Source: Chloroflexota bacterium (GTDB lineage Bacteria; Chloroflexota; UBA11872; VXOZ01). From it: a stretch of 64,000 bases of DNA. The DNA lies in the NCBI GenBank assembly GCA_964291655.2, contig OZ219801.1, forward strand, positions 736,001-800,000, given 5' to 3'. Below, piece after piece: positions 50,530 to 59,620 of this stretch (position 1 is its first letter; each line of letters begins with the position of its first letter). A program made the position numbers and the translations under genes. The notes under the pieces are model-generated. The model was not told the origin of the DNA, searched no databases, and was given only the letters and a program-made list of their open reading frames with translations.

Positions 50530-52839
50530 ATGCGCTCCCGGCAGGTCATCATGGAAAGAGTTAACAAGCGAGGAGAGGTCACTGGTTTCGTCTCCGGAAC
50601 CGACCTTGAACGAGAGCGGAGGCAACGCCGCAAGGCTGCCCACGAGAAGACCGTACCATTGGGTCAAGTTTCGAATTATGCTGATGATGGTTGGGAGATT
50701 GTCCGGCGCAACAAGAGAACCGCTCGAGTCCAAAAGGCAAAGCCCGAAGACCAAAGACTTGAAGACGATGTTTGGACTTTGCTTGCAGACATGGGATTTT
50801 GCGAGATCAGCCAAGGACGTCATTTCAAAATTCCTGTTAGCGGTTCGACTTTAGGAGTTCCTCCCAAGCAAATCGATGTGCTTGCAGTTGATAGTGACAC
50901 TGCAATGGTGGTGGAGTGTAAGGCCTCGGATACAATTAGGTCGCGCTCTCTCCAAAAGGACCTAAATGAAACTCGAGGGTTGCAGGATGGGATTCGTTCT
51001 ACCATTCACCGCCATTTCGAAGCACATCTAAGAGTGTGTTTTGTTTACGTTACAAGGAACATTCGTTGGAGTAGCCAAGATTTAGGACGAGCCAAAGACC
51101 ATCAAATTGCCGTGATTCGAGATAGGCAAATCGACTACTACCGAAGGCTGACAGACATTATTCAGACAGCTGCAAGGCACCAGTTTCAGGCAGACCTTCT
51201 TGAGGGATCTTCCGTTCGAGGTTTGAGCGCTACAGTACCAGCCCTTCGTGGCAAGTTTGGAAAGAATGTCTTCTATCAGTTTGCGATTGAGCCCGATAAA
51301 TTGCTGAAACTTGCTTATGTTAGCCACCGATCTAAGGTTGACAGCAAGGTTATAGGTACGTACCAACGGCTTCTAAGGAAAAAGCGGCTCAAGGATATCT
51401 CCAACTACATCAATGAAACAGGTGGTATTTTTCCCACTAACATCGTTATCAACATTAGAGATTCTAGACGACTGAGATTCGACGCTGCAGGGCCATCTAG
51501 CGACGCGCCTACTGTACTCGGTACGCTATACCTGCCAAACACCTACAAGTGTGCATGGGTCATTGACGGACAACATCGGCTGTACGGATTTTCTCAGAGT
51601 GAATGGAGTAGCCGAGGTAGAATACCTGTACTTGCCTTCGAGAACTTGGACCCATTGGATGAGATGAAGATGTTTGTAGACATCAATAGCAAGCAAGTAA
51701 GAGTTCCTCGTAGCTTGCTGGTCGAACTAGGTCCGGAGCTACCTGCGTCAAATGTTGGTCCAGAGCAGGAACTCAAAAACTTGCACGCGCAACTTGCAAT
51801 AGATATTTCAGAGAGTGACAATTCGCCTTTGTGGGATCGTGTCCGGACAGAGTGGGACACAGACACTGAGAACAAGCCAATTACGCTCCCGCAACTGGAG
51901 AGCGCGATAAAAGGCAGTAGGTTGATCGGCTCAATCCGAAGCGGCGCGCTTTACCCTGAATTCCTCTATCGGAGCGACACGGAAACTACTCGTGAAAGAG
52001 CCAAACTGACCATAGAGGGATTCCTTTCTTTGTTTGCAGAGGGTGCAGAAGAACACTGGAATCTAAAGCCATCTGCTGGAGGATTCCTGTGTACCAACCT
52101 TGGGATTGCTGCATTGTTGAGGTTGTTCTATGCAGCACTGGAAGACAAGAAGAAACAGGAAGATCATATCGAATTTGAAAAGCTCTCTCCCGATGCGTTG
52201 GTTGGGACCGTAACAGACTTGGTCACTCCTGTTATTGGCTGGTTCAGTAACCCAGAAGCGAATACCGATAGGTTTAGAGGACACTATGGAAGTGGCGCTG
52301 CGCCCGCATACGCATTTGCACTGATGGAAATTGTCAATAGTAGATACGCTGATTTCAATCCCCCTGGTCTGCAAGATTATGTTCAGGAACACAGTACCGA
52401 GACAATAGGGCGTGCAAGGGAATTGATAACGTTTATCGAGGATAGTATCAGAGACGTGACGTTTGAGGTTCTAAAGTCTAAGTATGGGGATGACGACAAC
52501 AGTTGGTGGCGCGAAGGTGTTCCCCAGAGTGTCCGAGGAACTGCCGCGCAGAGAGCAGAGATGAGTGAAGAAGTGGGAGAAAGACATCAATTCCTAGACC
52601 TTTTGGATTACAAGAAGATAGCGGAACAATCGAAGAACTGGCGCGATTTTGAATCAAAGTGGACCATTGATGGGGATGCCCGCACTAAGAACGACAAGCT
52701 CGCTTGGATGGATCGACTAAATAGAATACGCAATCGCTTGTTCCATTCAGGTAGGCGACATATCACAAACGAAGAGGTCGTGTTTCTTGAAAACGTCTGG
52801 GTTCATGTGGAAGAGCAGTTGGAAGCTCTGCAAAAATAG
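50530..52839 (+). CDS. DGQHR (DndB-like) protein with an N-terminal PD-(D/E)xK-like nuclease and a C-terminal Swt1-like HEPN domain
   Basis: QIDVLAVDSDTAMVVECK (~50869-50922), YQRL…IFPTNI…IDGQHRLYG (51565-51579), IEDSIR…WW..GVP…RNRLFH (52729-52746). Confidence 0.85.
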   Translation: MRSRQVIMERVNKRGEVTGFVSGTDLERERRQRRKAAHEKTVPLGQVSNYADDGWEIVRRNKRTARVQKAKPEDQRLEDDVWTLLADMGFCEISQGRHFKIPVSGSTLGVPPKQIDVLAVDSDTAMVVECKASDTIRSRSLQKDLNETRGLQDGIRSTIHRHFEAHLRVCFVYVTRNIRWSSQDLGRAKDHQIAVIRDRQIDYYRRLTDIIQTAARHQFQADLLEGSSVRGLSATVPALRGKFGKNVFYQFAIEPDKLLKLAYVSHRSKVDSKVIGTYQRLLRKKRLKDISNYINETGGIFPTNIVINIRDSRRLRFDAAGPSSDAPTVLGTLYLPNTYKCAWVIDGQHRLYGFSQSEWSSRGRIPVLAFENLDPLDEMKMFVDINSKQVRVPRSLLVELGPELPASNVGPEQELKNLHAQLAIDISESDNSPLWDRVRTEWDTDTENKPITLPQLESAIKGSRLIGSIRSGALYPEFLYRSDTETTRERAKLTIEGFLSLFAEGAEEHWNLKPSAGGFLCTNLGIAALLRLFYAALEDKKKQEDHIEFEKLSPDALVGTVTDLVTPVIGWFSNPEANTDRFRGHYGSGAAPAYAFALMEIVNSRYADFNPPGLQDYVQEHSTETIGRARELITFIEDSIRDVTFEVLKSKYGDDDNSWWREGVPQSVRGTAAQRAEMSEEVGERHQFLDLLDYKKIAEQSKNWRDFESKWTIDGDARTKNDKLAWMDRLNRIRNRLFHSGRRHITNEEVVFLENVWVHVEEQLEALQK

Positions 52840-53072
52840 CTTGCTCCCTTGTACTTTATTTCAGCATCTATTGCGAGAGTAAGAAAACAGAGATAAGGCA
52901 ATACTCGGTTGACTTTGCAAAGTCAGATTTACAGCAGTTATCTCCTGGAGTCACTTGGCGGCTATGCGCGTACTTCCCTGTGTTTTCGTGGCCAACGTGC
53001 CTAGGGGTAAGAGGCTAGTTCCTTTGGGCTTGCCAGACGACTCATACGCGCACTAAAGAGGTATAGGCTACC

Positions 53073-54248
53073 GTGCTACGCGTACTGAAGATCCTCACCG
53101 CCGGTGAATCGCATGGGCAGGCGCTCCTGACCATCGTGGAAGGCATGCCGTCCGGACTACCCATCTCGTCGGAGGAGATTGGCCGCCACATGACCCGCCG
53201 CCAGCAAGGGCACGGGCGCGGCCGCCGCCAGCAAATTGAAAAAGACGCCGCGGAGATTCTTTCCGGCGTGCGCCACGGCAAGAGTATCGGCAGTCCCATT
53301 GCCATGTTGGTCAACAACAAGGACTGGGACAATTGGCAGGAGATCATGGCGGTTGAGCCGGTGGAGACGCCGGTCAAGAAGGTCACACACCTGCGGCCCG
53401 GTCATGCCGATCTCGTCGGCGTATTCAAGTATGGCTTCGATGACATTCGTCCCATTCTCGAACGGTCGAGCGCCCGCGAAACTGCAGCCCGACTCGCCGC
53501 CTCCGGCGTGTGTCGCGCCCTCCTAAGTCATTTTGGCATCAAGATCGCGAGTTACGTCTCGGTGCTTGGACCGATTGAAATCGACGGCGCCTATGAGGTG
53601 ACGCAGCATCCCGATTCCGTAGACTGGGACGCGTTGGAAGAAGACCCGCTGCGCTGCCCGGATCCCGAGGCAAGCCGCCAGATGGTGACGCTCATTGACC
53701 AAATGAAGGAGGCAGGCGACAGCCTGGGCGGCGTCTACAACGTCGTTGCCTGGGGTCTGCCGGTCGGATTGGGCAGCCACGTCTTTTGGGACCGCCGTCT
53801 GGACTCGCGACTGGCGGCGGCAATTCTGTCTATCAACGCCACCAAAGGGGTTGAATTCGGTGCAGCGTTTGAAAACGCGCGCAAGCAGGGCTCCGAGGTG
53901 CAAGACCAAATTCGCTTCGAAAAGGGCCGGGGCTTTTCCCGCTTGAGCAATCGCGCGGGCGGTCTGGAAGCAGGCATCAGCAACGGGGAGCCGCTCCTCG
54001 TGCGCGGGGCGCTGAAACCAATTTCCACTATCAGGAGCCCGTTGCCTTCCGTGGACTTAACAACTCTGGAGCCGGCTCAGGCCCATTACGAACGCGCTGA
54101 CACCACCGCCGTGCCTGCCGCCGGGGTCATTGGCGAGGCGATGGTGGCAATTGTCTTGGCCGATGCGTTTCTGGAGAAATTCGGCGGCGACAGCCTGGCG
54201 GAGATCGAACACAACTATCACGGATACATGGAAGGGCTGCCACAATAG
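53073..54248 (+). CDS. aroC: Chorismate synthase
   Basis: TAGESHG, RPGHAD, ERSSARETA, GDSLGG, N.AGG.E.GISNG, KPIST. Confidence 0.97.
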   Translation: MLRVLKILTAGESHGQALLTIVEGMPSGLPISSEEIGRHMTRRQQGHGRGRRQQIEKDAAEILSGVRHGKSIGSPIAMLVNNKDWDNWQEIMAVEPVETPVKKVTHLRPGHADLVGVFKYGFDDIRPILERSSARETAARLAASGVCRALLSHFGIKIASYVSVLGPIEIDGAYEVTQHPDSVDWDALEEDPLRCPDPEASRQMVTLIDQMKEAGDSLGGVYNVVAWGLPVGLGSHVFWDRRLDSRLAAAILSINATKGVEFGAAFENARKQGSEVQDQIRFEKGRGFSRLSNRAGGLEAGISNGEPLLVRGALKPISTIRSPLPSVDLTTLEPAQAHYERADTTAVPAAGVIGEAMVAIVLADAFLEKFGGDSLAEIEHNYHGYMEGLPQ

Positions 54249-54766
54249 AGAGCGTAGTACTCATCGGCCTCTCGGGCACGGGCAAATCTTCCGTAGGCAG
54301 AATCCTGGCACGCAGGCTGGGGTGGCGGTTCGTTGACACCGACAACGAGATCGAGCGGCAGGAAAAGCAGCGGATTACCCAGATCTTTCAGGACAAGGGC
54401 GAAGTTCACTTCCGCTCGGTCGAGCAGCGCATCGTGCGGGAAATCTGCGCCCAGCGGAACCAGGTCGTCAGCACCGGCGGCGGGGCTGTACTCGATCCGG
54501 ATAACCGTGCCGCGATGCGGCAGCAAAACCTCGTAATCTGGCTCCGCGCGACACCGGAAACCATCTTCAACCGCCTGAAGTGGAGCGTGCACACGCGCCC
54601 CTTGCTCAAAGCCCCCGACCCACTTGCCAAGATTCGCGCAATGGCAGAAGAGAGACACCAGCAGTACAGCGATGCGTGCCACGTGTCGGTACACACGGAT
54701 GATAAGAGCCATGAGGCGGCGGCGGACCTTCTCTGGCAACAGGTGGAACCATGGAAGAAGCGCTGA
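54245..54766 (+). CDS. aroK: Shikimate kinase (apparent ATA start)
   Basis: VLIGLSGTGKSSVG P-loop, FVDTD, GEVHFR, VSTGGG, RPLL. All in frame with ORF 54434-54766. Confidence 0.9.
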   Translation: MESVVLIGLSGTGKSSVGRILARRLGWRFVDTDNEIERQEKQRITQIFQDKGEVHFRSVEQRIVREICAQRNQVVSTGGGAVLDPDNRAAMRQQNLVIWLRATPETIFNRLKWSVHTRPLLKAPDPLAKIRAMAEERHQQYSDACHVSVHTDDKSHEAAADLLWQQVEPWKKR

Positions 54767-55800
54767 TCGGCCGCGACATCTTGCCGGAGCTGTCAGATGC
54801 CTTGGCACGCCACGGCATTGACGGCAGACTTTTCATTGTTGCCGACGAGCGCGTAGCTGAGCGAACGCACAACCGGCTGGCAGAGACGCTCGCGAACAAC
54901 GACCATACAGTCTCCTCCTACCTCGTGCCCTCCGGCGAGGAGAGCAAGAGTCTGCGCCATGCTGAGCGCATCTACCATTGGCTTGCGGAACACCGGGCGG
55001 AACGCAAGGAAGTCATCCTGGCCTTCGGGGGCGGTGTCGTCGGCGACCTGGCCGGCTTCGTGGCCGCCACCTACCTGCGAGGTATGCCCTATGTACAGGT
55101 CCCAACGACTCTTGTAGCGCAAATCGACAGCAGCATCGGCGGCAAGGTGGCCGTCGACTTGCCGGAAGGCAAGAACCTCGTTGGCGCTTTCTACCCCTCG
55201 TTGATTACGTGCATTGACATTCGCTTCTTGGAAACGCTCTCCCAACGCGATCTGCTGGCCGGCTGGGCGGAAGTCCTCAAGACGGCGCTGCTCTTCGACC
55301 CGCCGCTTTTTGCCGAGATCGCCAGCCGCGGTCCCGCCGATCTCACGCCTGAATTCCTCCTCGAGGTCGTGCCGCGCTGCGTGCGGTGGAAGCAAAAGGT
55401 AGTAGCAGAAGACCCCAAAGAACAGGGCATCCGCGCCCTTCTCAACTACGGACACACCATCGGTCACGCTCTGGAAGCCGCTACCGGCTACCAGACGTAT
55501 CTTCACGGTCAAGCTGTCGCCATCGGCATGCACGGCGCGGCACGCATCGCCCGTCACCTGGGCGTGCTCGGAGAAGAGGCGTTTGCACAGCAGCAGGCCG
55601 TCATCGCGCAATACAACCTGCCACTCCAATACGCCGACACAGACCCCGCCGCTATCCACGACGCGATCGCCCTCGATAAGAAGAACCGCCAGGGCAAGGT
55701 GCGCTGGATCCTCTTGGAAGACATCGGCACGCCGCGTATTGAGAGCGACGTACCGCAGACGCTGGTACGTCAAGTCATACACGAACTACAGGCAAGCTAA
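54751..55800 (+). CDS. aroB: 3-dehydroquinate synthase
   Basis: GEESKS, GGGVVGDLAGF, PTTLVAQIDSSIGGK, LNYGHTIGHALE, HGQAV. Confidence 0.97.
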   Translation: MEEALIGRDILPELSDALARHGIDGRLFIVADERVAERTHNRLAETLANNDHTVSSYLVPSGEESKSLRHAERIYHWLAEHRAERKEVILAFGGGVVGDLAGFVAATYLRGMPYVQVPTTLVAQIDSSIGGKVAVDLPEGKNLVGAFYPSLITCIDIRFLETLSQRDLLAGWAEVLKTALLFDPPLFAEIASRGPADLTPEFLLEVVPRCVRWKQKVVAEDPKEQGIRALLNYGHTIGHALEAATGYQTYLHGQAVAIGMHGAARIARHLGVLGEEAFAQQQAVIAQYNLPLQYADTDPAAIHDAIALDKKNRQGKVRWILLEDIGTPRIESDVPQTLVRQVIHELQAS

Positions 55801-56185
55801 TGCACTTTGTCGAGTAGCTCGGCTGTAATAGTCCAAGCCGAGCGGTGAAGTCGGTAATTTCATCCGTCATCCCCGCGCACCCGGGTATCCATCCGCCTCT
55901 TCACGCTGCAACTCTCTTGTGGGCGGAGGACAAGCCCCCGCGCTACAAGGAACGGAGCAAGTCAAACCGTAATTCCCGGGCACGTGGTAACCCATTCTTC
56001 CCGGCCAATTGAGTTCTCCGCAGGCGGCGGAAAATCCCCGCGACACACTCCAGACAACACCGGCGCGGCTGGTTTGCCTTCAAAGGGCCGCTTCGCTCAC
56101 AGACCAGTCGAAGCACAATGTCTGCCTCTAGCTGCTAACATGTATAGAGTGATTCTCGTTCAATCTTTGTACCCAGAGGAAATCA

Positions 56186-56521
56186 ATGGCACAATTCATC
56201 TTCTTCTATCGCGCGACGCCGGAAGCAATGCAGCGGATGGGGAGCGCGACGCCTGAACAGCAGCAAGCGCACATGGGTAAGTGGCAGGCGTGGACGGAAA
56301 GCAATGCGGAGTCGCTGCTGAATGCAGGAACACCGTTCAGCGGCGGGCAGGTCCTGACCGGCAGTGGGAGTTCTGACGTAGACGGGACCATGATGGGCTA
56401 CGCGATCTTGCAGGCAGAGGACATGGAGGCCGCCCAGGCTATTCTCAATACCGATCCCTTCCTCGACCAAGGCGAGGGATGCTCCATTGAGGTCTACGAG
56501 TGTATGTCCATGCCGGGGTAA
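56186..56521 (+). CDS. YciI-related dimeric alpha/beta barrel protein
   Basis: W.AW…L.NAG.P…GYAILQAEDMEAA…P…IEV. RBS GAGG. Confidence 0.75.
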   Translation: MAQFIFFYRATPEAMQRMGSATPEQQQAHMGKWQAWTESNAESLLNAGTPFSGGQVLTGSGSSDVDGTMMGYAILQAEDMEAAQAILNTDPFLDQGEGCSIEVYECMSMPG

Positions 56522-56587
56522 GATGTACGGCTGCGTTGCCTTGGCCGATTGCCATCGTATCGTAGCCGCAGGAGAAGAGAGAGCTCT

Positions 56588-57568
56588 ATGGAGTACCGCC
56601 AGCTTGGCACTACCGGCGTGCGGGTATCCGCAATCGCCTACGGCACGTTCCCGCTCGGCACCTATACCGATACGGCTGCGGGAGTGCGGATGATCCACAC
56701 CGCCATGGACCGCGGTATGAACTTCATCGATACAGCCAACGTCTATTTTAAGGGCCGCTCGGAAGAAATCGTCGGTGAGGCGTTGAAAGGACGGCGCCAT
56801 GAGGTCGTCCTCGCCAGCAAGTTTGGCCACCCGATGGGAGAGGGCCCCAACGAACGCGGCGCCTCACGATACCACATCAATCGCGAGATTGATGGTTCGC
56901 TGCGACGCCTACAGACCGACTGCATCGACGTCTATTACATCCACATCCCGGACCCCACCACGCCACTGGAAGAGACTCTCCGCGCAATGGACGACCTGGT
57001 GCGTCAAGGTAAAGTGCGCTATCTCGGCACCTCTCACTTTGCCGCCTGGCAGATTGTGGACGGCCTCCGGCTCGCGGATTGCAACCGACTGACACCCTGG
57101 GTGGTGGAACAGCCGCGGTACTGTTTGATTGACCGAGCTATCGAACAAGAAGTGGTGCCGATGGCGCAGGACTTGGGCATCGGCATCGTGGCGCACAGCC
57201 CGCTCGGCGGCGGCTTCCTCACCGGCAAATACAAGCCTGGCGAACCCCCACCGCCGGACTCCCGCTTTGCCTCCCATCCCGGCGGCATAACTTCCCTGCC
57301 GCAACACTACGATCTGATGATGACCGAGCCGAATGTGGCCGTGGTAGACACCGTGCGCGCCCTTGCGCGTGAGCACGACACAACGCCCAGCGCCATTGCC
57401 TTGGCGTGGGTGGTGGCGCAGCCGTTCGTCTCATCAGCCATCATCGGCCCCAAGAATCCTTTCCAGCTCGCGGATAATCTCGCAGCCGCAGACGTCACAC
57501 TCACGCCGGAAGACTTGGCGCGCCTCGACGCGGTCTCTGCATTCGCCCGCGGTCTCATACGCACCTGA
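56588..57568 (+). CDS. Aldo/keto reductase
   Basis: MEYRQLGTTG, IDTANVY, SLRRLQTD, GKVRYLG, SPLGGG. Confidence 0.93.
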   Translation: MEYRQLGTTGVRVSAIAYGTFPLGTYTDTAAGVRMIHTAMDRGMNFIDTANVYFKGRSEEIVGEALKGRRHEVVLASKFGHPMGEGPNERGASRYHINREIDGSLRRLQTDCIDVYYIHIPDPTTPLEETLRAMDDLVRQGKVRYLGTSHFAAWQIVDGLRLADCNRLTPWVVEQPRYCLIDRAIEQEVVPMAQDLGIGIVAHSPLGGGFLTGKYKPGEPPPPDSRFASHPGGITSLPQHYDLMMTEPNVAVVDTVRALAREHDTTPSAIALAWVVAQPFVSSAIIGPKNPFQLADNLAAADVTLTPEDLARLDAVSAFARGLIRT

Positions 57569-57777
57569 GTGCCGGCCGACCCTCACGTACGGACGCCGCC
57601 CTCCCCTTCCACTCTTGCTTCGGCACATTGCGCGATGCGTTCCCTCTCCGCCTGCACCAGTGCCTCTTGCTCGGCGCCGACACAGAATCCCCAGCCGCGA
57701 CTCGCTTCTCATGCAACCGCCGCCCTTGCCAATTCACGCCGGGGGGAATACTAAGCAGGGCCCGCATGTTTGTCGGT

Positions 57778-58704
57778 TCACGGGCGGCCAAAGGCGTCGG
57801 CAAAGAACGCGGCGACGCGCTCAGCGTATGGTTCGCGCAGTCCTTCGTGGGCACGGCCGTGATTTGCTTCCGGGATAATCCAGATCTCCTTCGGTCCTTC
57901 AGCAGCGAGATAGAGTTGGTACGCATCCTGCACGTACACGACGTCATCTTCCGTACCGTGGATGATCAATAGGGGACACGGCGCACACCGCTTGATGTAG
58001 TCTAATGGCCGCACCATGCCAAGCACGTGATCGAGCTTTTCACCCACAAACCGGCTCGAGAACCAGATCGTAGGCGTGCGGAAAATAGAGGGAGGCAGAT
58101 TGGCGATCCTCCTGAAACCGTGGTCGATTGCTCCTCTGAGCGTCGCGAACGCGCTATCGGTCACGATGGCGCGGACACCCAACCCGTCCTCTATCGTGAG
58201 CAGCGCCGTCGCGCCGCCCATTGACACACCGTACACGCCGATGCGGTTTGGGTCCACGTCGCTGCGCGAGCGGAGATAGTTTAGCGCTCCTAGGACATCC
58301 TGACGTTCTCGCAGCCCTAGGGTCGTCACATCGCCCTCACTCGACCCATGGCCGCGAAAGTCGAACAACAGGCACTGGAGGTTGCGGGCGTAAAGATCGT
58401 AGGCGAGATGCACCAGGCCGAAGTGGTTCACGCCGAAGCCATGCAGCAACATCACGGTGCCAACCGGTTGCGGATGGCGCAAGAACCAGCCGGCCAGCCG
58501 CGTGCCGTCAGTGGCGGGAAATGCCAATGGCTCCAGCGCGGGCTCCGGTGGGGGAAGTTCTACTGGCCGCCAACTTCGGTCTGGGTGAACAAGGGTATAC
58601 CCCGTGCGCACGGAAATCACCAGCACCACGCCAACCGCGCCAATTAAAGCCAAGCCGGCGAGCACGATGATCTGCACATACAGACCGGATAGCGCTTGAA
58701 CCAC
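57778..58704 (-). CDS. Alpha/beta hydrolase with an N-terminal TM anchor
   Basis: LLHG, DFRGHG, GVSMGG nucleophile elbow, IHGTED, ANH. Confidence 0.9.
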   Translation of the reverse strand: MVQALSGLYVQIIVLAGLALIGAVGVVLVISVRTGYTLVHPDRSWRPVELPPPEPALEPLAFPATDGTRLAGWFLRHPQPVGTVMLLHGFGVNHFGLVHLAYDLYARNLQCLLFDFRGHGSSEGDVTTLGLRERQDVLGALNYLRSRSDVDPNRIGVYGVSMGGATALLTIEDGLGVRAIVTDSAFATLRGAIDHGFRRIANLPPSIFRTPTIWFSSRFVGEKLDHVLGMVRPLDYIKRCAPCPLLIIHGTEDDVVYVQDAYQLYLAAEGPKEIWIIPEANHGRAHEGLREPYAERVAAFFADAFGRP

Positions 58705-59331
58705 GCTCTTCCACCTTCTCCATGACCACGCCTTTCGTTAATCGTAGCAGTGTCACTGCGCTGCCGCAGAAGTCGGCTGCATCGCCTCGCTGCGCCTGTA
58801 GACACACAAAGGGCGGAACGGGGTGCTAATGCGGTTCCTCATAGGCGGCACGTCCGCGGTCTAACCGGCCGTAAAAGCAGTACAAGCGCGCTAAGATGAG
58901 AAAGCATCAACTCGCGGCAATCATCATCGGACTGCCCTCTTTAACCCCAAAAGAGTGTGCGAAGCTCTCGATCAAACTCTCCGTTCATGGTTCGTCAAGG
59001 GCTTTGCGAAGCCCACTCACCACGAATGGATAGTTGCTTTTCCGACGAATTTGGATACTACCCGGTTCGTCCTGAGCCTGTCGAAGGATGAACGAGTCGT
59101 CCTAAGCCCGTCGAAGCATGAACGAACACCCTATTCACACACCTTCTAAGCAAACACTGCGGCGCACCCAGATGTCAGCCGGCTAAGTCAGCAAGTCCCG
59201 AATCGCACCGCAGCGAGGGTCAATCGTTGCCATGTGATGACCCAATGCGCTCCGCAGGTCGCCGCCTGAAGTTTTCTCATATCCTTTCCGGTGGAGCTGC
59301 GTCCGAGAGGTCTGTTAACTTTCTCCTTACT

Positions 59332-59509
59332 AGAACTTGCCTCATAGATACATTGCTCTGCTAAACTTGCCCTTCGACAGGCTCAGAGCTTGCCCCGTAC
59401 TTGATACGGGGGCAAACGGAAGAGACAAGAGTCCGTTCGTGCTTCGACAAGGACTTCGCGCAGCACTCAGCACGAATCGGCTATTGAACCGATTCATGAG
59501 ATAGCTTCT
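59332..59509. mobile_element. Degenerate IS1182-type MITE carrying a REP pair
   Basis: Imperfect TIR AGAACTTGCCTCAT / ATGAGATAGCTTCT. Interior (cttgcccttcgacaggctcagagcttgccccgtacttgatacggggg) matches the interior of 6198-6472. Confidence 0.5.
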
Positions 59510-59620
59510 CGTGCGAACGCGAGCGCTATTCTAGCACCGAATGCTCAGCTTGAGTCACAATAGCAGCGAGCTATTCGTCCCTCAGGCCAGCAGGCATTGC
59601 ATGAAATGGATTGATCTGGC

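Noticed and set aside
50530-52839. DGQHR gene as part of a Dnd phosphorothioation or Dpd cluster linked to the nearby sulfur genes
   Set aside because: No dndC/D/E, ssp or dpd genes are present. The sulfur genes are about 6 kb away and look like backbone.
58950-59150. Possible additional MITE (AGAGTGTGCGAA…TTCACACACCTTCT) around a REP pair; similar case at 24782-24951
   Set aside because: The TIR is too degenerate and there is no clear TSD; treated only as a REP cluster.
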